From the NCBI GenBank assembly GCA_034669905.1, contig JAXMOL010000015.1:32001-96000 (forward strand): a DNA stretch of 64,000 bases, given 5' to 3'. The position numbers and the translations under genes are program-made. The notes beneath the pieces are model-generated. The model was not told the origin of the DNA. It saw only the letters and a program-made list of their open reading frames with translations, and did no database searches. This DNA is from Candidatus Hydrogenedentota bacterium. GTDB taxonomy: Bacteria > Hydrogenedentota > Hydrogenedentia > Hydrogenedentales > JAEUWI01. Each line of letters starts with the position of its first letter. Position 1 is the stretch's first letter. This document shows, piece after piece, positions 39,900 to 49,053 of the stretch.

Positions 39900-42227
39900 C
39901 TATTGCTCTTTCTCATCGAAGGGTAACAACACGACTTCGGCTTCGACCGGCTCTGGTGCCTCTTCATCGAGCACGTTAATATCTGGAATGACCCCTTCCA
40001 CTGCCTCGATTTCTTCCGACGCATCCCGGTCGGTATAGGCGTAGAACAGACTCTGATTCTTTTTCAGATAGCCGCCACGAAGGCTGCGAATTCCGTTGAG
40101 TGCAATACCAATCACATTGGCACGAAGCTGCTCCATATCCCGCAGGCAGCGACTGACCATACCCAGCGTAGATGTACCGACCCCCACGACGAATAAGACG
40201 CCGTCCATCGCAGGTGCCAGGAGCTTGGCGTCGGACATAAGCAAGAGGGGGGGCGTGTCGACGATGATATGATCAAAGTGCTCGTCGGCCCATTCCATGA
40301 AGTCCATCATCTCACGGGAGGCCAATCGGCCGGCGAGGCCATTGGCATCCGTTCCGGGACCGACGATGCCCAGGTTCTCAAAGGCCGTACGGCGAATCAA
40401 ATCTTCCCGGGATTCTTTGTTCTGCAGCAATTCGGACAGGCCGGGGCCGGGCGTCAACCCGAATTTTCGCTCAATATCCGGCTTTTGCGAGCTGAGGTCT
40501 ATCAGCAAGACCCGACGATTGGCCTGTTCGAGGGCCACAGCGAGGTTGGCCGCGATTGAGGTCTTCCCTTCCTTGGTGCTGGCACTCACCACCAGCAAGG
40601 AACTGATTTCGGCGGCGTTGTCTTCGGGGAAGAGTATGCGCGCCAGAATGCGCCGATATTCATCGGCCACCGTAGAGTTCGGGTGTTGGGCCATCAACAT
40701 GGCACAATCCACCCCTCCCAGGAACCGGTCTTCGTTGAGGTGGGGAATCGACGCGATGGTCGGCAGATCAGAGATCCGCGCTACGTCCTGCCGGGTTCGA
40801 ACTTGTTGATCGAGCAGTTCCCGTGCCACGCCATAGAGAAGGCCGAGACCAAAAGCGGCAATAACACCCATAGCCGCGAGTACCAGTTTCGCTTTCCGAT
40901 CTTTTCCGGGGGGGGCATAGGGTGTGGAAGCGATGCGCACCCGCGCGGGTGCGTTCTGGTCCAGCTGCATTTTACGCACTTGCGCTTCAAGCCCGGCGAT
41001 GAACTGCCGGTTCCCCTCTGCCCGCTCCTTCATCATCAGCACGCGCGCACGTTCTTCTGACACCAGCTCGAGGTTATCCTGTTGGCGCTTCACAAAGGCG
41101 TCATACCGCTCCTTGTAATCGACCAGGCTTGCCTTCTCATCTTCCACGGCCCGCTTCGCTGTGTCCAGGCGCAAATTCAATTGCCCCCGCGTGGTGTTCA
41201 GGGCATCCTGACGCGCTATCGCCTCTTTTTCTGCGACGCTGGCGCGCACCGTATCCAGTTCCCGTTGGGCCGCGGTGAGGGCAGGATGCCCCTCACGGTG
41301 ACTCTGCTTCATGGAGCGCACGCGGTTTTCGTAGGCATTCAATTCAGAAAGCGTGGCGGTCACGCGGGGGTCTGACTTGACGCGCGCCTCAATATCAAAC
41401 TCGTAAATGGGTGTGTTGGTCTGGGTGGCTGCCTGCTGCTGCAACATCTCCAGTCGGGCAATATTCTCTTCTATGTCCGCGACCTGATTTTCTGCGGCCG
41501 AAACGCGCTCCTGGGCGGTCAGCCACTTGTCGCGATACTGCTCGGCTTCCTTGCTTTCTTCCGGCGTACCGCCCATCATGGGACCCAACGCCCCTTCCGT
41601 TTCCTGGATCTGCCGACGCAACACGTCCAATTCCGCGGTCCGAACATCGATGGCCTTGTTGAGTACCGCAAGCTGGTCGGTGTCCGCACCTGAGGCCTCT
41701 TCGATAGCGATCTTGTGATAGATGTCGATGACGTGGCTCAGCACGAGCAGGGCTTCAGAGCGGGATTTCATCGTGCAATACACGTTGACCAGTTCGCTGT
41801 TGCGCACGACGGACGTGCTCAGCGTACCATTGATATAGGCGAACTTATCTTCTGCAGCGGCCACTTCTTTCAGTTGCTGCACTTCAGGAATCTTGAGCAC
41901 TTCCCCCAGGACTTCGTGCCCCTTGAGTCGGGCCAATTCTGTCCCCACGAAGGTACCGTAGTTGACGGTTGGCCCGCCACTCCTTCCGGAATCCAGGATA
42001 CCGGCCACGACAGAGCGAAACTGAATCACCGCAGAAGCGGTATACACATCGGGGGCGGCAAACCAGCCCACGACCGCAAAGGGCACGCAGAGGAGCGACC
42101 CGATAATAATTACCGAGAGCAGACGCAGACTGATGAAGCGTTTCACGTCGAAGTGCAGACCGGGAGATCGCGTGGTGGATCGCTCGGGTGCAAAGTCATC
42201 GACTACCGTGGAGAAATCTCTGGACAT
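39900..42227 (-). CDS. wzc: Polysaccharide co-polymerase/BY-kinase (Wzc-like)
   Basis: Two TMs with a coiled-coil periplasmic domain; EGKTS, VLLID, IIVDTPP; Tyr residues near the C-terminus. Confidence 0.9.
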   Translation of the reverse strand: MSRDFSTVVDDFAPERSTTRSPGLHFDVKRFISLRLLSVIIIGSLLCVPFAVVGWFAAPDVYTASAVIQFRSVVAGILDSGRSGGPTVNYGTFVGTELARLKGHEVLGEVLKIPEVQQLKEVAAAEDKFAYINGTLSTSVVRNSELVNVYCTMKSRSEALLVLSHVIDIYHKIAIEEASGADTDQLAVLNKAIDVRTAELDVLRRQIQETEGALGPMMGGTPEESKEAEQYRDKWLTAQERVSAAENQVADIEENIARLEMLQQQAATQTNTPIYEFDIEARVKSDPRVTATLSELNAYENRVRSMKQSHREGHPALTAAQRELDTVRASVAEKEAIARQDALNTTRGQLNLRLDTAKRAVEDEKASLVDYKERYDAFVKRQQDNLELVSEERARVLMMKERAEGNRQFIAGLEAQVRKMQLDQNAPARVRIASTPYAPPGKDRKAKLVLAAMGVIAAFGLGLLYGVARELLDQQVRTRQDVARISDLPTIASIPHLNEDRFLGGVDCAMLMAQHPNSTVADEYRRILARILFPEDNAAEISSLLVVSASTKEGKTSIAANLAVALEQANRRVLLIDLSSQKPDIERKFGLTPGPGLSELLQNKESREDLIRRTAFENLGIVGPGTDANGLAGRLASREMMDFMEWADEHFDHIIVDTPPLLLMSDAKLLAPAMDGVLFVVGVGTSTLGMVSRCLRDMEQLRANVIGIALNGIRSLRGGYLKKNQSLFYAYTDRDASEEIEAVEGVIPDINVLDEEAPEPVEAEVVLLPFDEKEQ

Positions 42228-42231
42228 AAGC

Positions 42232-43527
42232 CTACCTTGAAAGTTTGTTTACGCTATCGAGTGCCTGCGCAGCGCTTCCGACCTGTTGCAACGCATCCAA
42301 TATTTGAAGATTGGTCTGCAACTGACCCGAGTTATCTGAGTTGTAGAGAAGATCGATACGCTCTTTGGTGTAGAACGCATCATAGACCTGGGAATAGAGC
42401 CCCAAGGCCTGGGAAGTTACGCCCATTATCGGGGTGACCACTCCCGTCGAGCGGCTGATAAATTCGGTCAGGTTTACGAGGCGTTTGCGCGGCACGTAAA
42501 CGATATCGCCCGGTTGCATGACAATATCCACACCGGTCTTGAGGATCTTCTTGGCATCAATGAGTTGCACTTCGGTGTTGGTTTCGTCTATTTCACGTAT
42601 CAATACAACCGACTTCATGCGCGCAATGGATTCATTGAAGCCACTGACGGTCGTCAACAACTGAAGCAGCGTCATGCCATCGGTCAGGGGCTGGACGCCC
42701 TGACGGCCGACGGCGCCGAGAACGTATACCAGGTTAATTCCTTCGGGGATGAAAACGATATCATCGGGCAGGACGAGCGTCTGAGAAGTATGGGGGCCAC
42801 CGTCTTCCATTCCCCGGAGATCGTATTCCGTCACAAGGCGCTCTTCGCCTTCGCCACGAATAATGAAGGCCTTAACCAACTGGCCTTGTCCCCCGACAAA
42901 AGAATCTCCACCACGCTGGTTGACCCGCAAACTACCTGCGGATATGATGGCATCCAACAAGGAAATAGGCTTCAGATAGGGGTACTCGCTGGGCCGATTC
43001 ACATCGCCCATGACGGTGTACGTGCGACTCGTCGCCCGTAAGATCTGAAGGCTGACTTCTGCTTCGTAGTACAGCTCCTTGTAGGCATTCTGCACCGCTT
43101 CCGTCGCCTCTTCACGCGTAAGACCGGCCACCTGAATATCGGGAACCCACGGGAGCGATATATAGCCATCGTGTCGAACCTGTACGGCATCGCTGTTCAG
43201 AGACTCATCATCAAAGGAGCGAAACCCCAGGGTGTCCGTCGGCCCGATGCGGTAGCGATCCGTAACGCCCATATCCACCATCTCGGAAATCGGCTCGGTT
43301 CCTTGCTCCGTCGTGTCGGCTTCGGCAACGAGCAGGCCCTCGGGCACATCGTCGGGGCGAACCTCTGCCGTAGGTATGCGCACGACTTCTTCGACAACCG
43401 GATTGGCGGCGCCGGTGGTAACCGCCGGATTGGCACCCTCTTCCATTCCTGTGGTCGTACATCCTGATAACCAGAGCGGTCCCAGTACAGCGGCGATACC
43501 AATTGTCACGTTCAGGCGATTACTCAT
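42232..43527 (-). CDS. wza: Polysaccharide export lipoprotein (Wza/OPX, SLBB domains)
   Basis: LSGC lipobox, YRIGPTD, DGYISLPW, two SLBB repeats. Confidence 0.9.
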   Translation of the reverse strand: MSNRLNVTIGIAAVLGPLWLSGCTTTGMEEGANPAVTTGAANPVVEEVVRIPTAEVRPDDVPEGLLVAEADTTEQGTEPISEMVDMGVTDRYRIGPTDTLGFRSFDDESLNSDAVQVRHDGYISLPWVPDIQVAGLTREEATEAVQNAYKELYYEAEVSLQILRATSRTYTVMGDVNRPSEYPYLKPISLLDAIISAGSLRVNQRGGDSFVGGQGQLVKAFIIRGEGEERLVTEYDLRGMEDGGPHTSQTLVLPDDIVFIPEGINLVYVLGAVGRQGVQPLTDGMTLLQLLTTVSGFNESIARMKSVVLIREIDETNTEVQLIDAKKILKTGVDIVMQPGDIVYVPRKRLVNLTEFISRSTGVVTPIMGVTSQALGLYSQVYDAFYTKERIDLLYNSDNSGQLQTNLQILDALQQVGSAAQALDSVNKLSR

Positions 43528-43548
43528 TCCAACCCTTCTCCTGCAAAG

Positions 43549-44604
43549 CTAGTCAAGCTTACCGATGCCGTAGGCTTCGATCCGTCGAAGCAACGAACTG
43601 TAACTTGTACTCAAGAGCTTTGCGGCTTTTCTACGATTCCACAACGTATAATTCAGCGTCTCTTCAATCAGGGCACGCTCCGCCGCCTCGGCCGCACGGC
43701 GGGCAGCCTCCTTGAGCGGGATGAAGGTCCGCTCTTCGGGCTCTTCTCCCCCGTCCACAGGATCGGTGGAAACGACACTCGCCTCCGGAAAGACCACGCC
43801 ACCGGTTGCGTTTTCCTCCGCCAATAATAAACTAACTTGCCCGGTCGTCACATATTTCTTAATTCGGCCTGAGAGCTCGCGAACGTTTCCCGGAAAATTC
43901 ATTTGGCTCAATGCCTGAAGGAGATCGGGGGCCAGAGGCACGTACTCCTTCTTCATCATCTTACACATATTATAATTAAAGTGCTCAGATAGTAAAGAGA
44001 TATCTCCCCGGCGCTCCCGAAGGGGCGGGATTTCCACCACCACTTCCCGGAGCCGAAAAGAAATGTCTTCGCGGAGCCGACCGCTCGCGACCGCCGCATC
44101 CAAATCCAGGTTGGTCGCGGCAATGACCCGTGCATCGGAGTGGACGGGGGTCGTTCCGCCAATTCGGACAATCGGCTCACCGTCAAGGACCTGAAGCAAC
44201 TTCACCTGTACTTGGGGCGCAGTCTCGCAGATTTCGTCCAGGAAGAGGGTGCCTTCATGGGCCATTTCGAAACGGCCGGGCTTGGAGGTATCGGCTCCGG
44301 TAAAGGCCCCGCGTTCGTAGCCAAACAGTTCACTCTCGAGGATATCGGTTGGGATACTGGGGCAGTTCACCTTAATAAAGGCTTTGCCGTAGCGGGGGGA
44401 GCGGCGATGCAACATTTTCGCGACGATGTCTTTACCGGTTCCCGTCTCGCCCCGGACCAACACCGACAGATCAACCTTGGCCAACCGCTCGATCATCTCA
44501 TTTACTTCCCGAATCCTGGGATCATCGCCGATGAGATGTTCGTGCAGGGGCAATTGAACGGACTCGTGTTGCCAGATATCTTGCCGTTGTATGCCGATCA
44601 CCAC
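43549..44604 (-). CDS. Sigma54-dependent transcriptional activator lacking an N-terminal regulatory domain
   Basis: GETGTGK, ESELFG, GAFTGA, FLDEI, PGNVREL, Fis-type HTH; only about 20 aa precede the AAA+ domain. Confidence 0.93.
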   Translation of the reverse strand: MVIGIQRQDIWQHESVQLPLHEHLIGDDPRIREVNEMIERLAKVDLSVLVRGETGTGKDIVAKMLHRRSPRYGKAFIKVNCPSIPTDILESELFGYERGAFTGADTSKPGRFEMAHEGTLFLDEICETAPQVQVKLLQVLDGEPIVRIGGTTPVHSDARVIAATNLDLDAAVASGRLREDISFRLREVVVEIPPLRERRGDISLLSEHFNYNMCKMMKKEYVPLAPDLLQALSQMNFPGNVRELSGRIKKYVTTGQVSLLLAEENATGGVVFPEASVVSTDPVDGGEEPEERTFIPLKEAARRAAEAAERALIEETLNYTLWNRRKAAKLLSTSYSSLLRRIEAYGIGKLD

Positions 44605-44694
44605 AAACTCCTTTCCTTCAGACGCTTACCCCACCGTGGGGTTGACGGGCGATCCCACAACCAGGGAACCACTCCTCCTTGCTGAAGACTTAAA

Positions 44695-44710
44695 AGCATC
44701 AAGTGTGCCA
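44695..44710 (-). promoter_or_regulatory. Sigma54 promoter upstream of the activator-wza-wzc operon
   Basis: Minus strand TGGCACACTTGATGCT, GG-N10-GC. Confidence 0.7.
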
Positions 44711-45244
44711 ACTATTTGTCAGTCGGATTCATTAGGGCGAAATTTTGGGAGGTCATACTATATATAGTAGAATCGCAGAAATTCAGGGGATTCGAGCGCA
44801 AGGTAAAAGGCTCGCTGCTGGCCGACAACTATGCGCTGAGGGACCAAAATTGTTCACGATTGACAATTTTTATATCGATATGGGATGAAGTTACGGCCCC
44901 GTTGGATAGCATTATGGCAGATCCCCGGGGACCAGTCAATCGGCAGAACGGTCCCACGGTGCCAAAAAGGACCATCCTGACGTGGCGTAGGGCGTGGTTT
45001 CACGCCGATAGCCACCGTTATACCCCCCCTCGACAAGTAATAGTCAATCCTGATAAACTTCTATGCATGGTACTCGAGCATTTTCATACCACACGGGACA
45101 GCACCCCCGAATACCACCCAAAACAGACCTTAACGGCGGCATATGCGGCGCAGAACACGGGTTTTTCTCAGACTGCCCGTGCGGCACAGAACTTGCTCCA
45201 TCAATCCGTGTACGATGAGCATTCATAAGCGCTGGGAGGCCACA

Positions 45245-45637
45245 GTGAAGACGGAATTTACCACGCTGCGACAGCTATTACAATACGAACTCTACGGAGC
45301 CCAACGGCATCGTCGATTTGTATCCATGGTTATGGTAACCACCGAGGAGGGTATCTCGGGGTTGCGTAATTTCCTGGGAAGTCATATCCGGGACAGCGAC
45401 GTTATCGCAGATTTCGACAGTTCTATTGCCGTTCTAATGGGAGAAACGGACAATCAGAGCGCCATGATCGCGGTTGATCGCTACAAAGGCTTCTTCGAGA
45501 GCCAGCTTGATCTTCGTTTTTCGGTCGTCACCTATCCGAGCGATGGGGGGAAGGCAGAGAACCTTATCAAGATGGCCTATCGGCGATTAAGCAAGGCCAA
45601 ACAGGGCGAGGATGGTACGGTCGTGACGACCGGGTGA
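45245..45637 (+). CDS. Stand-alone degenerate GGDEF-like domain protein
   Basis: LQYELYGAQRH, IRDSD (RxxD), AVLMGETD, FSVVTYPSDG, LIKMAYRRLSKAK; no GG(D/E)EF; GGAGG RBS before GTG. Confidence 0.72.
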   Translation: MKTEFTTLRQLLQYELYGAQRHRRFVSMVMVTTEEGISGLRNFLGSHIRDSDVIADFDSSIAVLMGETDNQSAMIAVDRYKGFFESQLDLRFSVVTYPSDGGKAENLIKMAYRRLSKAKQGEDGTVVTTG

Positions 45638-45765
45638 TCGATGCGCTCGAGCCGCTGTGGTGGGCTACGTCTTGACGGACGTGGTCTTTTTCGTCGTGGA
45701 TGCCCTGCCTGCTTGACTGGGACCCGAAGCGTTGGCGAAGATGGTCCCCCAAAGCTTTCCACCCC

Positions 45766-46950
45766 ATGGAGTTCTATCTCGTGTCCGATCCATCCCCTTC
45801 CGCGTCCCCCGCTCCCAAAATGGTATCCGCCCTTGGCCGCCTGGGATTCCTCCTCGTAATTACCCTGGGCCTGTTGGCGGCACTGGAGTTTGGAGCGCGC
45901 ATGCTGAGCACCCCCCAGCGCAACCCCGGACTACACCGCCTTACCCAGGATTACGGCCGGCTCGTGACGCACGGACCCGACTGGATTCGTTTCGTCCCAG
46001 ATGCGGAATTAAGCTATGCCCTGCGACCTGAGTTCTCCCTTGACGCGCGCGACGGCAACGGTCAGACACGCCACAATGCCGCAGGATTTCGTGGCCCGGG
46101 TGAGTTCGGCCCGAAAGAACCCGGGACCCTGCGCATTCTTTGTTTTGGGGGCTCCACGACCTATGGGGTAGGAGTTGGCGCGGATCAAAATACGTACCCC
46201 GCCCAATTGGAGTCGCTCTTGAGCGGACCCGCACGGGAAGCGGGCTGGGACACGGTAGAAGTATTTAATCTGGGCGTTGGTGGCTATACCTCACGTGAAA
46301 TCCTGGGCACGATGGCGCGCATGGTACCCAGGCTGGAGCCCGACGTGATCCTCATTCAGAATGCCATCAACGACGTAATCCCCCGCTTCTACCCGGACTT
46401 TGCCGCCGATTACGGTCATTTCCGCACGCCATTTACCGAACTCAAACTGGACTCGTGGCATCGGCTTGCATACCGGTCCCATTTATGGCTCACCCTGGCC
46501 CAACGTTTCGGATGGGTCAAGCCGCTCTCGCTCCAGAGTCAGACCCAACGCCCCATGCCCGACGTGGATGAGGCCCTTGCCCATCTGGCGGCCAATCCGA
46601 CCACGGCGTTCACCGACAACCTACGTGCCATGATCACCCTGGCGCGGGAAGCCAATGCCCAGCCCTGGCTGCTGACCCAGCCCTATTTTGACAGCCCCCG
46701 GTTTGGCGCGCCTGATGAAGCGTCACGGCGCCTGGAGGGGGGCTATCGGAAGGGTCTTCTGGAGCACACCGCCGCGGTGGAAAGCCTTGCAAAGGAACTT
46801 TCGGTGGGACTCATCCCCCTCGACAAAGAAATGCCGCGTCAACCGACCCTGTTCACCGACCCCATTCATATGAGCGCCCCGGGCAACGCCGTCAAAGCCG
46901 AGCTCATCAGCAAGCACCTGATCCCGGCACTGCCGAAACCCGGACGCTAG
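45766..46950 (+). CDS. Membrane-anchored SGNH/GDSL hydrolase-family protein
   Basis: FGGSTTYG, NLGVGGY, INDV, DPIH; start uncertain. Confidence 0.85.
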   Translation: MEFYLVSDPSPSASPAPKMVSALGRLGFLLVITLGLLAALEFGARMLSTPQRNPGLHRLTQDYGRLVTHGPDWIRFVPDAELSYALRPEFSLDARDGNGQTRHNAAGFRGPGEFGPKEPGTLRILCFGGSTTYGVGVGADQNTYPAQLESLLSGPAREAGWDTVEVFNLGVGGYTSREILGTMARMVPRLEPDVILIQNAINDVIPRFYPDFAADYGHFRTPFTELKLDSWHRLAYRSHLWLTLAQRFGWVKPLSLQSQTQRPMPDVDEALAHLAANPTTAFTDNLRAMITLAREANAQPWLLTQPYFDSPRFGAPDEASRRLEGGYRKGLLEHTAAVESLAKELSVGLIPLDKEMPRQPTLFTDPIHMSAPGNAVKAELISKHLIPALPKPGR

Positions 46951-46953
46951 ACG

Positions 46954-47847
46954 TCAAAGCCCCCATTGCTTTCGAAGTTTTGTGAGCGAAATCTGGGTTT
47001 GCTCTGCCTGCAGGGTGGTCTTCACGAAGGGAGCAGCCGTATGGGCGAGGGCCGCCAGGTACTCCAAATCGAACAAATCGAAGAACTGGTCGGGCTTACT
47101 CTGGAGCACGATAATGCCCACCCGTTTTTCGGGAACCACCATGGGGGCAGCCACCTGCGCTTCCATGACCCCTTCGCTCATTCGCGGCCAGAGCATGCCA
47201 CTCCGTCGAAAGAAGGCGGCTTCGATAATCTTCTTCGGAGCGTCTTCCGGAGCATCCACCACGACCCCATGCCCATCAAAAAAGGTCAGCGAACTGCGTT
47301 CCTCTACACACCGGGCGAGCCAACATTGGGCCGGATTAAAGGTCTCCATCAAGTTGGCGTGGAGAATAATGGCCAGTTCCTGAATGGTTTGCGCTTCACT
47401 GAGCGTTCGGGTCAGTCGGAAGAGCTGGCTCAGGGACTCGACACCCTTGGCCCCCAGGGCGACCAACTCCGGCATTCGGGCCTCGTCCATGAAGATATTT
47501 CGATCCACGGCGATCGAGCGCTGCGCCGAGGTGGGTACGGGCGCTACCTCATCATGGCCTTGTCCTTCATCGATGACAAAGTGGGCCGTACCTACGATAA
47601 CGCGGTCACCCAGGTGTAACAGGGCCGACTTGACGGGATTCCCATTGACCAGGGTCAGGTTGCTGCTTCCCAGATCGTGGAGGTGTAATTCTCCATTGCG
47701 ATTGGCAATCTCGCAATGGCGCCGGGAAACGGTCGGATCACTGACCGTAACGTCACACTGCGTGCTACGTCCCAGGAACAACGACGAGGCACCAATAGGC
47801 CAGGTCTCGCCTTCGGCTCCCCCCTTGGTTCGCCGCAATACAAACAT
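46954..47847 (-). CDS. FHA plus GAF domain protein
   Basis: LGRS, VSRRH, DLGSSNLTLVNG; C-terminal GAF-like region. Confidence 0.85.
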   Translation of the reverse strand: MFVLRRTKGGAEGETWPIGASSLFLGRSTQCDVTVSDPTVSRRHCEIANRNGELHLHDLGSSNLTLVNGNPVKSALLHLGDRVIVGTAHFVIDEGQGHDEVAPVPTSAQRSIAVDRNIFMDEARMPELVALGAKGVESLSQLFRLTRTLSEAQTIQELAIILHANLMETFNPAQCWLARCVEERSSLTFFDGHGVVVDAPEDAPKKIIEAAFFRRSGMLWPRMSEGVMEAQVAAPMVVPEKRVGIIVLQSKPDQFFDLFDLEYLAALAHTAAPFVKTTLQAEQTQISLTKLRKQWGL

Positions 47848-47931
47848 GGTCAATGCTCTACTCCACGCATCCCGGGTTTCCCGTGCTCTGCCATGGCGCA
47901 TCCGGCCACGCCACCCCCTAATCTTACCATG

Positions 47932-48861
47932 TTACGGCGCGGTTCCGGTGGCGATTAGAAGTTTTCCCCGATAGGGCTTGAATCCGAGGTGGATAGTTAT
48001 CTCATCGTCCGGCACCTGCACCCGGATCGGGCGGGCATAGATATATCCATCCTCTTCGACAATCCGCATATCCGACCAGTTCATGCTCACCTGTTCAAAA
48101 TCCCCTTTTTCATGGTAGGCCTGCATGAAGATTCGCATCGCCGTCTTGCCATTGCCTTCGTCGTCTTTGAAGTCATCGGCGAAGACCGTCATGAACATGT
48201 CCACATCACCGCGCTTGAAGGACTCGTTTAGAATGACGAGGACCGAATTGATTTTATCCTCATCCGACATGGACTCGTCGACGATGATTCCTTCGCCAGC
48301 CTCGGGCGCCCAGAACCCCAGAAAATTGCGCATTACGTAGAGGGTGAGGACAAGGAGTAAAACCCCGGCCACAATTGCCATGCCCCGGGCAATCTTTTTC
48401 CAGGGAATGGTGCGGGTAGTGTGCGCTTCAAACAGGGCCTCCGGGAGGGCCGCTTCCTTACCCCGCTCCAGCTGGGCGCGGGCATCGGACAGGACCTGGT
48501 GCACCTGTTTGAGCGAGGTCTGTACCTCGCGCCACGTACGGTTCACCCGACTCTCCGCGTTGGGTGCCGAGTCGGCCATGGAGGAAAGGTTGGTCGCGGT
48601 GGTCAGCATCTTGTTGATCCCCGCACTCAGGCCGAAGCCCCCCTTACGCCATTGGGTCAACACGGGGTAGTCACAGGCAAGCCGCCCCTTGAGGGCGATT
48701 AACTCCCATTCCAATGCTTCTTTATTGGCACCCGGTTGATGATAGCTGCCCATCAATTCCTGCAACCGCGTCCAGTCCTGTGCGATGGCCGCACACTGCT
48801 GTTGATAGGAATTGAGCTCCTCTTCCGAAACTCCGTGCGCCTTTTTCTTTGCCTTGCTCAC
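47932..48861 (-). CDS. Membrane protein with C-terminal NTF2/SnoaL-like domain
   Basis: Helical N-domain, one TM, GDVDMFMTVFADDF; start uncertain. Confidence 0.65.
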   Translation of the reverse strand: MSKAKKKAHGVSEEELNSYQQQCAAIAQDWTRLQELMGSYHQPGANKEALEWELIALKGRLACDYPVLTQWRKGGFGLSAGINKMLTTATNLSSMADSAPNAESRVNRTWREVQTSLKQVHQVLSDARAQLERGKEAALPEALFEAHTTRTIPWKKIARGMAIVAGVLLLVLTLYVMRNFLGFWAPEAGEGIIVDESMSDEDKINSVLVILNESFKRGDVDMFMTVFADDFKDDEGNGKTAMRIFMQAYHEKGDFEQVSMNWSDMRIVEEDGYIYARPIRVQVPDDEITIHLGFKPYRGKLLIATGTAP

Positions 48862-48903
48862 CGACACTCCCCTTCGTAACGCTGACACGTCAGCCACTTG
48901 CAC

Positions 48904-49053
48904 CTAGCCCTCGGGGTCCTCCGTCCCCCTCAAGGTAGCCAGGAGGTGTACGATGTCTCGGGCGCCGAAAATGGTCACCCAAATCGCCAGTATCCCGAAG
49001 GCAATCATGCCCACGATAAAAACCAGTTTCCAAAGTAGTATCCAGAAGTCCAC
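48904..49053 (-). CDS. Small membrane protein downstream of the symporter (49 aa, not in ORF track)
   Basis: GTG start abuts the symporter stop, GGAGG RBS; MDFWILLWKLVFIVGMIAFGILAIWVTIFGARDIVHLLATLRGTEDPEG. Confidence 0.75.
   Translation of the reverse strand: MDFWILLWKLVFIVGMIAFGILAIWVTIFGARDIVHLLATLRGTEDPEG

Noticed and set aside
44716..45228. 170-aa ORF in the activator/GGDEF intergenic region
   Set aside because: AT-rich, no motif or RBS; more likely regulatory DNA.
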